Shown here: positions 9,160-17,640 of the stretch, one piece after another
How positions within the stretch are numbered: position 1 is the first letter of the stretch
Layout of the letters: each line of letters begins with the position of its first letter
From: a virus
Lineage: Duplodnaviria > Caudoviricetes
Virus record (IMG/VR): IMGVR_UViG_3300015370_000024
Span: 1 to 43,784 of that record
Reading direction: 5' to 3' (one strand)
Length of the DNA stretch: 43,784 bases
Notes under the pieces: model-generated
What the model was told of the DNA's origin: nothing
What the model saw: only the letters and a program-made list of their open reading frames with translations
Database searches by the model: none
Translations under genes and position numbers: made by a program

Positions 9160-9570
9160 CAACAACTTGGCGCGAAAGCGCAAACCACTGTGGCAGGTGG
9201 AAATGCAAGGATAAACTCCCCTCTTTTTGGGCGTTCTGTGTCTTTTACCATACCTTGCAGGTACTTGCCACAGACGCAGGACGACCGAAAATAGAGGAGT
9301 TTTTTATTTTTACAACGGATTATCACAGACGCGGACGGGTGATGATCCTAAATAGATGACAACCGGGAAACCGTCCCAACCGTTACGATAAGTTCACGAC
9401 CGGCGAAACCCAGACCAGGCCGCAAGGCCATCCCCCGACAAAGCGGAGAACGGGAGGGGACCAGGGCGAAACCCTAACCGGGTAGACTGGAAATGTGGCA
9501 AGTAGCCGACTTTCTCCCTAACCGGGAATGCGAAAGCAGAGAGTCGCCGATACCCAACGCAAGGAAGAAA
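9160..9570 (+). ncRNA. Long structured leader, C4/CI-like antisense RNA candidate
   Basis: Hairpin 9213-9303 with T-tract; internal segments complementary to sites upstream and downstream; several GNRA-capped hairpins 9364-9538. Confidence 0.5.
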
Positions 9571-9619
9571 AAAAATTTTCTCACCCTTGAGGGTTAATCC
9601 TTTTAACCCAGGAGCTTAA

Positions 9620-10075
9620 ATGACTAAAACAACTAATTCAAGACAATTAAGACTATTTATTCAAGATGTGTATAATAGTTATGGGGAACCTATTCCAGCA
9701 GGCTTCGAATTTTATCTTGTTGACGCAGTTATGAAATATGTTCGCTCAGTTTATGAAGATAATGAAAGTCCCGTTACAGTTCGGGAACGATTGACAAATG
9801 CCATGTTCAAAGGAGCAAAGCGGGCGGCAACCTTGGAAACCATTACAGATACCATAAAGAAGAAATTGAACATAAACCCATCCGAGGAGTTCGCAGAGTT
9901 CGCTTATAATAAATCTAAGCACGGGGAAGATATAGAAACGTTTTGTACTTACTGGCTAGAGAACGGGGGAGAACCTACATACTGGTCAGAGAAAAGAATG
10001 ATGATGCTATGGCCGCAAGCGTTCACCCAAACACTATCCTATGATGAACAGCTCGCAAAGGCAGGATACAAGTGA
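9620..10075 (+). CDS. Putative replication initiation/helicase-associated protein
   Basis: AGGAG RBS; GTGA-coupled to dnaB; function inferred from position only. Confidence 0.45.
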   Translation: MTKTTNSRQLRLFIQDVYNSYGEPIPAGFEFYLVDAVMKYVRSVYEDNESPVTVRERLTNAMFKGAKRAATLETITDTIKKKLNINPSEEFAEFAYNKSKHGEDIETFCTYWLENGGEPTYWSEKRMMMLWPQAFTQTLSYDEQLAKAGYK

Positions 10076-11346
10076 CAGAAATACCGCGCAGCAGAGAAGC
10101 AGAGGAAGCGTTGCTCGGATCGTTGATTATCGCGCCAGAACTCATGCCAACGATAGCGCTAAAGCCGGAGTATTTTTACATCGTTCGTCATCAATGGATT
10201 TTTGCAGCCATGCAAGAACTGGACCGCCGGGGGATTACATTTGACTTAGTTACGCTATCCGAAGAATTGAATAAGCATGACCGGCTTACAGAATTGGGCG
10301 GACCTGCCTATCTCACAGCCCTGATAAACCAATCCCCCACATCTCTAAATGCCTCGCATTATGCCGATATTGTCAGGGACAAGGCGTCAAGGCGCAACGA
10401 TATAAAAATAGCCAATATGATTGCAGAGGGCGCTTTCAATGGCGGAGTGGACAGGGCAAAGGCTATTGATTTACTTACCAAGAATTCCGATAATGGCAAG
10501 GGCGCAACGCCTTTAGCCGATAGCCTTCCTGAATTTATGGATCTGGTAGAAAAACGAGCCATGAACCCGAAAGATGTATGGGGAATAGATACTGGACTCC
10601 CTGATCTTAATAAACGTACAGGCGGATTGCACAAACAACAAACTACCATGCTAGTAGGCGCGCCAGGAGTGGGAAAAACTACATTAATGTTACAGATTGC
10701 TTTGCACGCGGCTCAGAAGGATTGCTCGGTAGCTATCTATGAATTGGAAATGGACTTGCAGCCCCGTCTTATTTCTCGCCTTATGTTTATGTTGACGGGT
10801 GTCCCTTCCCGTGCCATGCTATCAGGAAACATGCGTGAAGAATATTGGCCGATGCTTACAAATGGTATAGAAATCTTGGCAACCTTGCCGATTTATATCT
10901 GTGACAACCCGGTCATGGATACAATGAAGATACGGGCGGACGTTGCCAGGATGAAAGCGCAAAAAGGGATTGAATTTGTTGCACTGGATTATTTGAATTT
11001 GCTCACAGACAAGGACGGTGACAACTCGAATGAGAACACAAGCGCAAAGGCTACACGGTTCAGGCAGATATGCAGGGAGTTTGACGTTGCTGGCCTAACT
11101 GTCCAGTCGATGAACAAAGAAGGGATGAAGTCGCTCATCCCGCACTTGGCGGATATGTCCGGTCCTGCTGAGGTTGCCTTTAGCGCCGATAATGTTTTCT
11201 TCCTGGTCGAAGAGCCAGACAAACCATTGATGTATAAACTACTACCAGCCAAACAAAGGGATGGCGATATGGGACATTCACCAATCCAGCTTATCCGGCC
11301 TAAAAATAAAATAGGCTTTCAATGTACTACACTTTTGGAGAGATAA
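10072..11346 (+). CDS. dnaB: Replicative DNA helicase
   Basis: IPRSREAEEALLGSLI N-domain, GIDTGLPDL..TGGL, Walker A GAPGVGKTT, LEM, LDYL, KQRDG. Confidence 0.95.
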   Translation: MTEIPRSREAEEALLGSLIIAPELMPTIALKPEYFYIVRHQWIFAAMQELDRRGITFDLVTLSEELNKHDRLTELGGPAYLTALINQSPTSLNASHYADIVRDKASRRNDIKIANMIAEGAFNGGVDRAKAIDLLTKNSDNGKGATPLADSLPEFMDLVEKRAMNPKDVWGIDTGLPDLNKRTGGLHKQQTTMLVGAPGVGKTTLMLQIALHAAQKDCSVAIYELEMDLQPRLISRLMFMLTGVPSRAMLSGNMREEYWPMLTNGIEILATLPIYICDNPVMDTMKIRADVARMKAQKGIEFVALDYLNLLTDKDGDNSNENTSAKATRFRQICREFDVAGLTVQSMNKEGMKSLIPHLADMSGPAEVAFSADNVFFLVEEPDKPLMYKLLPAKQRDGDMGHSPIQLIRPKNKIGFQCTTLLER

Positions 11347-11537
11347 TGGAAACTCAAGCAGAATATAAAACAGGAAGCCCCGCTCTATTTCACGCCACCG
11401 CCACAGAGTACAGAATATGGACGTACTGTCCGAACTGCTGGGACAGAACGGAACATCTATTCAAGTACGAAGATGAAACAAAAGAATATTACGAATGTCA
11501 GTGTTGCCAAAAACTACACGGCATTGCAGTAAGATGA
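11346..11537 (+). CDS. Small Zn-ribbon protein
   Basis: YCPNC...YECQCC; GGAG RBS. Confidence 0.55.
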   Translation: METQAEYKTGSPALFHATATEYRIWTYCPNCWDRTEHLFKYEDETKEYYECQCCQKLHGIAVR

Positions 11538-11734
11538 CCACAGATGAACGAATAGACTGGCTGTATGATGCGCTTATTGAAATCGAAGGCTTGTTGGTCG
11601 AACAGGCAGACTGGACAGAGCGCGAAAGGAAAATCTACTCTATCATTGCGCATGCGCTAAATGATTTTGATGCCAGCGAAATTAAGACGAATGTCACCTT
11701 GATTTTATGACAACGAATAGCGTAAAATGATAGT

Positions 11735-11902
11735 ATGGAAATCAATCTGAACAAAGATTTGTTCCACGCACTAAAGTTTCTAGTAGCCGCTATAGACAAT
11801 GACCAGCAATACGGGTTGGCGCTGGCGTTAGATGAAGCGCGGACGGTGATCGCAAACACCGAAATGGTGCTGGATTTTCAAGAAGTTTTGGAAGAAGGCT
11901 GA
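11735..11902 (+). CDS. Hypothetical protein, probably leaderless (55 aa)
   Basis: Not in track; TAAAAT 11723-11728, 6 nt, then ATG; open to TGA 11902. Confidence 0.5.
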   Translation: MEINLNKDLFHALKFLVAAIDNDQQYGLALALDEARTVIANTEMVLDFQEVLEEG

Positions 11903-11903
11903 A

Positions 11904-12455
11904 ATGTCAACAATAAATCAATACGACCGAATGAACGATCCCGAACTTGGCAGTGGTATTTACGCTCAGACAAGTTTTGTAGAACAATGGTGTACCGCGC
12001 TCGCTCGTCTGAAGGAACTCGATCCGGATTGGGAAACGTGGTACGACGAACGACCGGAGCAAACAACGGGCAAACTGCTACCGCTGATTGAAGCGCGGAT
12101 TATCTGGCTGGAGGGCGCAATTGAAACACTAGAGCGGGACGAACGCGCTGGTGTTGATATTGACGGCTTTTTGTTGGTCATGGCTGTAGCAGACTGCCCG
12201 CCCGATACGTATCGGATTGCAGACGACCCCGACCGGCTGGGGAAGGCGGTGGCTCTGGCTTATATGGAATTCCCCGAACCAGACTGGCGCGAAAAGCGGA
12301 AACAGGAATGGCAAGACTGGAAGGCGCGCTGGATTGCGGCAAATGGTGATTATCTAACGCCTCACGGGTATAGAACGATCCGCCCGCCACTTACAGACCG
12401 AGGGTTGCAAGACGATGAATTTCAATGCTGGCACGACGATCCGGGATTGTATTAA
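11904..12455 (+). CDS. Hypothetical protein
   Basis: 183 aa ORF with AAGG RBS in the + strand operon. Confidence 0.65.
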   Translation: MSTINQYDRMNDPELGSGIYAQTSFVEQWCTALARLKELDPDWETWYDERPEQTTGKLLPLIEARIIWLEGAIETLERDERAGVDIDGFLLVMAVADCPPDTYRIADDPDRLGKAVALAYMEFPEPDWREKRKQEWQDWKARWIAANGDYLTPHGYRTIRPPLTDRGLQDDEFQCWHDDPGLY

Positions 12456-12658
12456 TAGGGCTGTGATGCAAAAATATTGGTATTACATTACTATTTATTA
12501 TTGCCCACAATGTAACAAAACTGTCGAAATTCGTGAGCGCAAATATACTCTACGACCCGACAAATGGGAAGAACGCCACGAAGTCAAAGAGCAATATGAT
12601 TGGTGCGGATAGGGCTACCGCTGGCCTTAGATAGCGGCAAGGAGACACCAGACAAGAT

Positions 12659-12705
12659 AACTAACTCTAACTTACTCGAACTCAAACTCGAACTCAAACT
12701 CTAAC
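12659..12705 (+). repeat. Degenerate AACTCN hexamer tandem repeat
   Basis: ..ctcg aactca aactcg aactca aactct aac.. directly before the RBS of 12722. Confidence 0.7.
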
Positions 12706-12721
12706 CAGAAAAGGATATAAA

Positions 12722-13174
12722 ATGAAACTCTCAGAAATGTTCCCCAGCGACCTGCTCAAATCACAGGATATTTTAGACGCAGGCGGCGAAATGACACTCA
12801 CCATCCTGAAAGTTGAAATGAAAACTTTCGACCGGGATGAGGGCGACAAAGACACAAAGCCTATTGTTTACTTTGAAGAGGGCAAGCAATTGGTTTTGAA
12901 CGTTACCAACAAGAACGCAATTGCAGAAATGCACGGCCAGGAAGATACCGATCAATGGATTGGTAAGCAAGTTACTTTGACCGTCAAAGATGTCGAATTC
13001 CAGGGCAAAACTGTTCTTGGCATCCGAGTCAAAAACGAAAACAGCAAGGATGCTCTTATCCAAGAATTTTGGTCAAGCGCCCGCGCTCTTGGATATGACC
13101 AGAAAGCCGGTCAGGAGTTGTTGAAAGAACACAACATGGATTTCAAGGCAGCTATCGCCGCTCTCGAATTCTAA
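12722..13174 (+). CDS. Putative ssDNA-binding/recombination-associated phage protein
   Basis: FPSDLLK..D...KPIVYF...KQLVLN.TN...W.GK.VTL...V.F.G...GIRV pattern typical of phage replication modules. Confidence 0.5.
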   Translation: MKLSEMFPSDLLKSQDILDAGGEMTLTILKVEMKTFDRDEGDKDTKPIVYFEEGKQLVLNVTNKNAIAEMHGQEDTDQWIGKQVTLTVKDVEFQGKTVLGIRVKNENSKDALIQEFWSSARALGYDQKAGQELLKEHNMDFKAAIAALEF

Positions 13175-13233
13175 CCCCTCAACGCCCGTCCTGCTCTACT
13201 TGGCTGGGCAGGACGGGCTCGGAAAGGTACTAT

Positions 13234-13584
13234 ATGGCAAAAGGTGATTACCCAACAGGCGCATTAGTTGTAGTTTTGCGCGAATATAGATATAGTGGCG
13301 GAAGCCATGAAGTTTATGAGCATGCAAAAAAGGAATTGAAAAACCTGATGATGTGCCTCGTAAATTTTGAAGCCGCCCAACAAGGCGTGCAGTCGGAACA
13401 GATGGGGCAGGATACTGACCCTAAACAGAATCCAGGCGAAAAGAGCGAAGCCGCCTGTCCCTATTACACACACAATGCCCTGTTAGCGTGGCATGGAAAC
13501 TATAAGTATTGTCCTGAGTGCGGGGAGCGGCTTCGCTGGTCTGGTAAAGAGACGGATTCTCAACCCGCCCCATCTGTCCGCTGA
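13234..13584 (+). CDS. Cassette ORF, hypothetical, C-terminal Zn-ribbon-like
   Basis: GAAAGG RBS; reads through attC and stops at TGA in the L' box. Confidence 0.65.
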   Translation: MAKGDYPTGALVVVLREYRYSGGSHEVYEHAKKELKNLMMCLVNFEAAQQGVQSEQMGQDTDPKQNPGEKSEAACPYYTHNALLAWHGNYKYCPECGERLRWSGKETDSQPAPSVR

Positions 13585-13601
13585 CGCTCTGCCCGTTAGC
13601 C
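13375..13601 (+). repeat. attC-like site 1
   Basis: GCCCAAC-AAG-GCGT(G)CAG(T)CGG(A)ACAGATGGGG ... CCCCATCTGTCCGCTGACGC-TCTGCCC-GTTAGCC. Confidence 0.8.
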
Positions 13602-13690
13602 CGCGCTGCGGCCACCCAACGAACGGGTGTCCTTGGCGGGCTAATGGGGCAAGCACTAATGCAGAGCTAGCCCTTCGTGAAAGGAAAAAG

Positions 13691-14074
13691 ATGTTCACTG
13701 ATATTCTTGAAGCCGAAATAAAATGGTGTGAAAATAATGATGGCGCTATGCCAGAAGAATTTCGTAAAGGGTTTATTGCTGGCCTAAAGCAAGCGATTTA
13801 CCTGATAAACGCCGCTCTTCAACGGATAGGGTGGGAAGAAGGTGTGCTTGAAAATGATGGAGTCTGGTTAGACATGCGCGGGCTAACTCTGCATGAAGCT
13901 GTCCAACGGTACGGGGATAATCCCGTTTCCGAAGATTCTACAGGCTATTCGGGTTCTGCTTTTTGTGAATGTACGGGTGATAAGTATGGCTATTTTGACA
14001 AGGTTTCTGGAAAATGTTTGTATTGCAACAAGCAGCAGAACCCTCACGCATTCCGTGACAGGTTTTTTTCCTAA
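13691..14074 (+). CDS. Cassette ORF, hypothetical, C-terminal Cys-rich
   Basis: Start reassigned to ATG 13691 (AAAGGA RBS); CEC...CLYC in the attC loop. Confidence 0.65.
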   Translation: MFTDILEAEIKWCENNDGAMPEEFRKGFIAGLKQAIYLINAALQRIGWEEGVLENDGVWLDMRGLTLHEAVQRYGDNPVSEDSTGYSGSAFCECTGDKYGYFDKVSGKCLYCNKQQNPHAFRDRFFS

Positions 14075-14119
14075 GCCCGCCCCGTACTCCGTTGGCAGCT
14101 TATGCTCGCCCCATTAGGC
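13881..14119 (+). repeat. attC-like site 2 (ATT core variant)
   Basis: GGCTAAC-TCT-GCAT(G)AAGCTG(T)CCAACGG ... CCGTTGGCAGCTTATGC-TCGCCCC-ATTAGGC. Confidence 0.8.
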
Positions 14120-14207
14120 GGAACTGCGGCGGGTAGCAACCCCGCCTTGCCGTCCAACGGCACCCAGCGACCCAACGCAGAGCTGGACTTCTTGAAAGGA
14201 TAAAAAG

Positions 14208-14522
14208 ATGGCAAATAATCATGATCTCGCAAATCTCATCTACCTTGCTCTCAAAGATAAGGGGGCGGGAGTGGGTAACGCTTCGATAGGTATCATTCGG
14301 AAAGTTCTTGATGAACATAATGCAGTCCGTCCAACTCTGCGTGCACCCGTCCATAGGGGGGTCTCAGTGGAATTGCCAGATTATCCACTGTATGAACTGG
14401 TTGAGGAGCTAAAAAACGGGGTGTACGTTCAATTTGTTGGCGTCCACGCTCTTGAATGGCGATCCGAATGGGGTCGTCCTAAATATGGCTTTATTGAATA
14501 CGACCCTCCCAATGGCGGGTGA
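14208..14522 (+). CDS. Cassette ORF, hypothetical
   Basis: AAAGGA RBS; stop TGA inside the L' box. Confidence 0.65.
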   Translation: MANNHDLANLIYLALKDKGAGVGNASIGIIRKVLDEHNAVRPTLRAPVHRGVSVELPDYPLYELVEELKNGVYVQFVGVHALEWRSEWGRPKYGFIEYDPPNGG

Positions 14523-14540
14523 CGCTGGGTGCCGTTAGGC
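14329..14540 (+). repeat. attC-like site 3
   Basis: GTCCAAC-TCT-GCGT(G)CACCCG(T)CCATAGGGGGGTC ... GACCCTCCCAATGGCGGGTGACGC-TGGGTGCC-GTTAGGC. Confidence 0.82.
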
Positions 14541-14549
14541 CGCTTACTT

Positions 14550-15395
14550 ATGAATAAATTTGATTTGCATTTCGGTGATTGTCTCAATGTGTTGCCCCGG
14601 TTGAAGGGCGGCAGTATAGATGCAATTATCACTGATCCTCCATACTCAAGCGGCGGTGCATACCGAGCAGACCGCACACAAACAACGGATAAAAAGTATC
14701 AACATACAGCAGAAACAAATCGTAGTTATGCAACATTTTCAGGAGACAATAGAGACCAAAGAAGTTTTGAAAAGTGGTGCTATATGTGGATGTCTGAAAG
14801 TCTAAGAGTAACCAGGGAAGGTGGTATTTTTGCAACGTTTATTGATTGGCGAAACATAGCCAGCATGATTGATGCCGTTCAGATTGCTGGGTGGGTATTT
14901 CGCGGAATAGTTCCATGGTACAAAGGAAAAGATCAACGCCCGCGCAAGGGTTGGTTTAGGGCAAATGTGGAATATTTAGTAATGGCTTCAAATGGCCCAT
15001 TGCTAACAGGCCACAAAGCACCTGGTATTTGTGCAGATGGTATTATTTATGCTCGCATAAATGGAATTGAAAAATATCATCAAACCGGAAAACCCGTTGA
15101 GGTTGCAACTCATCTTGTTACCATGCGGCCAGACATTCAAAAAGTTCTTGACCCCTTTATGGGAAGTGGTACAACCGGCATAGCATGTATGCAAACAGAA
15201 AGATATTTTATCGGTATTGAAAAAGAAAATGAGTATTTTGAAATAGCTAAAGAGCGCATTGAAAACGCCGCCCTTCAACCTGTCTTGCTAGAAAAAGGCG
15301 GCCTAACACAGCGTGAACCTGACAAGGGGGATTCTCCCCGTCAATCGAGTTTTATCAGCCCCGAAGCGGATACCGCTCAGGGAGCATTATCGTAG
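14550..15395 (+). CDS. N6-adenine/N4-cytosine DNA methyltransferase (cassette-borne)
   Basis: GDCL, ITDPPY, HQTGKP, VLDPFMGSGTTG; ATG 14550 just after R'. Confidence 0.9.
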   Translation: MNKFDLHFGDCLNVLPRLKGGSIDAIITDPPYSSGGAYRADRTQTTDKKYQHTAETNRSYATFSGDNRDQRSFEKWCYMWMSESLRVTREGGIFATFIDWRNIASMIDAVQIAGWVFRGIVPWYKGKDQRPRKGWFRANVEYLVMASNGPLLTGHKAPGICADGIIYARINGIEKYHQTGKPVEVATHLVTMRPDIQKVLDPFMGSGTTGIACMQTERYFIGIEKENEYFEIAKERIENAALQPVLLEKGGLTQREPDKGDSPRQSSFISPEADTAQGALS

Positions 15396-15428
15396 CCCGC
15401 CCCTTGCAGGTTACGCAAACCGTTAGAC
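15301..15428 (+). repeat. attC-like site 4
   Basis: GCCTAAC-ACA-GCGT(G)AACCTG(A)CAAGGGG ... CCCCTTGCAGGTTACGC-AAACC-GTTAGAC. Confidence 0.88.
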
Positions 15429-15531
15429 CGCGCTCGGCGACCAGCAACGAACGCTGGCCCCCTCCCTCGGTCTAACGGCGCGAGCACTAATGCAGAGTCA
15501 GACCGCTTACTCTAAAAGAAAGGTGTTGCAA

Positions 15532-15762
15532 ATGGAATATGAATTACTGGCTATCTTATATGCAACCAAAAACAGTCGTAAATTGTCAGCGTCGCAAATG
15601 GATGCTATAAAGGAATTTGCCATCTTCCTAGACACGCGCGGTCTAACTCTGCATGAACCCGTCACAGCCATTCAGGGCGGGTTTACGTGTGAAAATTGCG
15701 GGTGCGCTAATAGTGGCTCATTCGATACGTGTGTAGAGTGCGATGCCCCCCGCCCTTCATGA
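15532..15762 (+). CDS. Cassette ORF with C-terminal CxxC...CxxC Zn ribbon
   Basis: AAAGGTG RBS; FTCENCGCAN...CVEC in the attC loop. Confidence 0.65.
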   Translation: MEYELLAILYATKNSRKLSASQMDAIKEFAIFLDTRGLTLHEPVTAIQGGFTCENCGCANSGSFDTCVECDAPRPS

Positions 15763-15795
15763 ACGGCTGAGCGGGTTATGCTCGTGCCGTTAGGC
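15641..15795 (+). repeat. attC-like site 5
   Basis: GTCTAAC-TCT-GCAT(G)AACCCG...CAGCC ... GGCTGAGCGGGTTATGC-TCGTGCC-GTTAGGC. Confidence 0.82.
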
Positions 15796-15874
15796 GGCCC
15801 GCGGATGGGCAACAACCGCCCACCCTTGCCCGCCTAATGGCGCAAGCACAAATGCAGTAGCTAGGCTACTAGAA

Positions 15875-16075
15875 ATGGAAGAAAAGATGGATCGTAAATG
15901 TGAAAATTGCAAATTTTTTGAGGATATAAACAAATGGGGCCATTGCAGGCGTTATGCCCCTCGTCATATATCGGGTGTAGGTACAGGCTATGAGGAAAAA
16001 ATGTGGCCTGAAGTTAAATCGTATGATTGGTGTGGTGAATTCCAAGAGAAAGAGCCTTGCCCGAAGGCCGCCTAA
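15875..16075 (+). CDS. Cassette ORF, Cys-rich phage protein
   Basis: CENCKFF..GHCRRYAP..WP.V...DWCGEF; stop TAA inside R''. Confidence 0.7.
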   Translation: MEEKMDRKCENCKFFEDINKWGHCRRYAPRHISGVGTGYEEKMWPEVKSYDWCGEFQEKEPCPKAA

Positions 16076-16197
16076 CTACTGCATGGAGCGGAACTTGGGC
16101 AAGCTCCATCAAAGAAATTTATACCGATGTCTAAAAACATTTATCCGATTAGCAAGCGCGTACTCGCCCAAGTCCGCTCATGCTTGCGCCATTGGGC
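16070..16197 (+). repeat. attC-like site 6 (ATT core variant)
   Basis: GCCTAAC-TACT-GCAT(G)GAGCGGA(A)CTTGGGC ... GCCCAAGTCCGCTCATGC-TTGCGCC-ATTGGGC. Confidence 0.82.
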
Positions 16198-16219
16198 GGA
16201 CTGCTCAAAGAAGGTGATT

Positions 16220-16453
16220 ATGGAAGAAGAACTTTATCAATCGCTAAAAGATGTTCTAAGCATGTTTGGTGATGTAGAGCCAGGCAGTCGCACATGGCAC
16301 TTTATCAACAAGGCAAACATAGTTATTGCCAAATATGAAGGCCGCCCAACAAAGCGTGCAGCGGACGGGGTAACGGGCTGTGCATGTAAGCCTGAATTAC
16401 CCTATCTTCTAACTGGCGACATTTGTTCGGAGTGTAAATTACCCCGCCGCTGA
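16220..16453 (+). CDS. Cassette ORF with C-terminal Cys motif
   Basis: AAGGTG RBS, ATG 16220; CAC...CSEC; stop in L'. Confidence 0.65.
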   Translation: MEEELYQSLKDVLSMFGDVEPGSRTWHFINKANIVIAKYEGRPTKRAADGVTGCACKPELPYLLTGDICSECKLPRR

Positions 16454-16468
16454 CGCAAACCGTTAGAC
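16344..16468 (+). repeat. attC-like site 7
   Basis: GCCCAAC-AAA-GCGT(G)CAGCGG(A)CGGGGTAA ... TTACCCCGCCGCTGACGC-AAACC-GTTAGAC. Confidence 0.88.
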
Positions 16469-16513
16469 CCCTTCTTGTAAAATTATCTCACCCCTAAAAG
16501 GAAAGGTTATCCA

Positions 16514-16897
16514 ATGAATGAAAACGAAATCAAACAGAAGTTAGACCAGTTGGCAGAGTTTCAATCCGAGCGCGATGTTGCTATGCTTGAAAAACAACGT
16601 CTGCTCGATGAAATTTATACCGCCGAAATCAAGGCGCGGATGGCTGAAATAGAAGCCGAGTTTGCAGGTAAGACCGAAGCGGTAAACGAAAACATCTCCG
16701 TACTCGAAGCCGAAATAAAACAGGCTATTATCGAGCATGGCGCAAGCGTCAAAGGCTCTGTGTTTCATGCGGTCTTTGCAAAAGGTCGCGTATCGTGGGA
16801 TACAAAATCTCTCGATGGTTACGCAACCGCTCATCCTGAATTGCTTACGTTCCGAAAAGAAGGTGAGCCATCAGTCAGTATCCGTGTTGCAAAATAG
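16514..16897 (+). CDS. Cassette ORF, coiled-coil protein (Mu Gam/Gp157-like)
   Basis: Long N-terminal coiled coil; C-terminal KGRVSWD.K.L....HPEL..FRKEGEPSVSIR. Confidence 0.5.
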   Translation: MNENEIKQKLDQLAEFQSERDVAMLEKQRLLDEIYTAEIKARMAEIEAEFAGKTEAVNENISVLEAEIKQAIIEHGASVKGSVFHAVFAKGRVSWDTKSLDGYATAHPELLTFRKEGEPSVSIRVAK

Positions 16898-16904
16898 GCA
16901 CGGG

Positions 16905-17263
16905 GTCTAACACAGCGTGAACCAGACGGCGGGAATCATACCGTTGAAAATGAGTTGTTCCCGCCCGAAGCTTATTCCGATTTTGAAGGAGAGCAGTAAT
17001 CCACCCGCCGCCGAACAACGCAATGAAGCTGTCCAACGGAGAGATGAAATGAGTTTCAAAGAAGCATGTGCAAAAGCAGCAATAAAAGCAGGTGAAACAG
17101 GAGTGCAGTTTTTCGTGTACGATGCCCCTACCACGTGGGATGTTACTGCTTCTTTTCGTCCAGGTTGGTTGTTTCGTGCGTATCCCGGTGGCCGTAAGGT
17201 TTTGTCGGTTGAAGGCACAAAGCTCTTGCAAGAAGATGAGCTGCCTAACGCAAACCGTTGGGC
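16905..17263 (+). repeat. Disrupted/composite attC-like site 8
   Basis: Left arm GTCTAAC-ACA-GCGTGAACCAGACGGCGGG; partial partner CCCGCCG 17004-17010; second left arm at 17010; orphan right end ACGC-AAACC-GTTGGGC ending 17263. Confidence 0.6.
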
Positions 17264-17288
17264 TGCTGTAGGTGGCCCGGAAAGGTAA
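17049..17288 (+). CDS. Cassette-region ORF, hypothetical
   Basis: GGAG RBS, ATG 17049 (MSFKEACAK). Confidence 0.55.
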   Translation: MSFKEACAKAAIKAGETGVQFFVYDAPTTWDVTASFRPGWLFRAYPGGRKVLSVEGTKLLQEDELPNANRWAAVGGPER

Positions 17289-17294
17289 AGAATA

Positions 17295-17582
17295 ATGAGT
17301 ATCCCATTCACACAATATCTTCTCCCAAATGGTAGGTGCAATCTAGTTACGATTGATATGCCAGAAGATGTCGAAAAGAAAGCACATGCACTTATTGAAG
17401 CAGGTTGTCATTTTGATATTGAAGTTCTCACTACTGGCCTTGTCAGTATGACGTGTGAACGCGATGACGATATGCTTTCGATTGAAGTTTGCGAAGGTGG
17501 GCCGCCTGTTGTTGCTGGCGTGCGTAAGATTGTTGAGAGCGCAGCAGCCCAACTACGCGTGCACTTGACGGGTGAAGCGTGA
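17295..17582 (+). CDS. Cassette ORF, hypothetical phage protein
   Basis: GAAAGG RBS; MSIPFTQYLLPNGR; ends inside attC 9. Confidence 0.7.
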   Translation: MSIPFTQYLLPNGRCNLVTIDMPEDVEKKAHALIEAGCHFDIEVLTTGLVSMTCERDDDMLSIEVCEGGPPVVAGVRKIVESAAAQLRVHLTGEA

Positions 17583-17640
17583 CCGTTATATCGGTATTCC
17601 CCGTTATGTTTCACCCGCAAGTAACGCAAGTTCGTTCGAC
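17547..17640 (+). repeat. attC-like site 9
   Basis: GCCCAAC-TAC-GCGT(G)CACTTG(A)CGGGTGAA ... TTCACCCGCAAGTAACGC-AAGTTC-GTTCGAC. Confidence 0.75.

Noticed and set aside
13184-13218. GC-rich hairpin as attI or as the leader of cassette 1
   Set aside because: 11 bp stem but no GTT core and only partial complementarity to site 1; cannot be supported
13493-13690. N-terminal extension of tracked ORF 13493..14074 (likewise the tracked starts 15490, 16127, 16917 and ORF 17572..17763)
   Set aside because: They start within or run across attC/leader sequence; RBS-backed starts lie downstream of the cassette boundary
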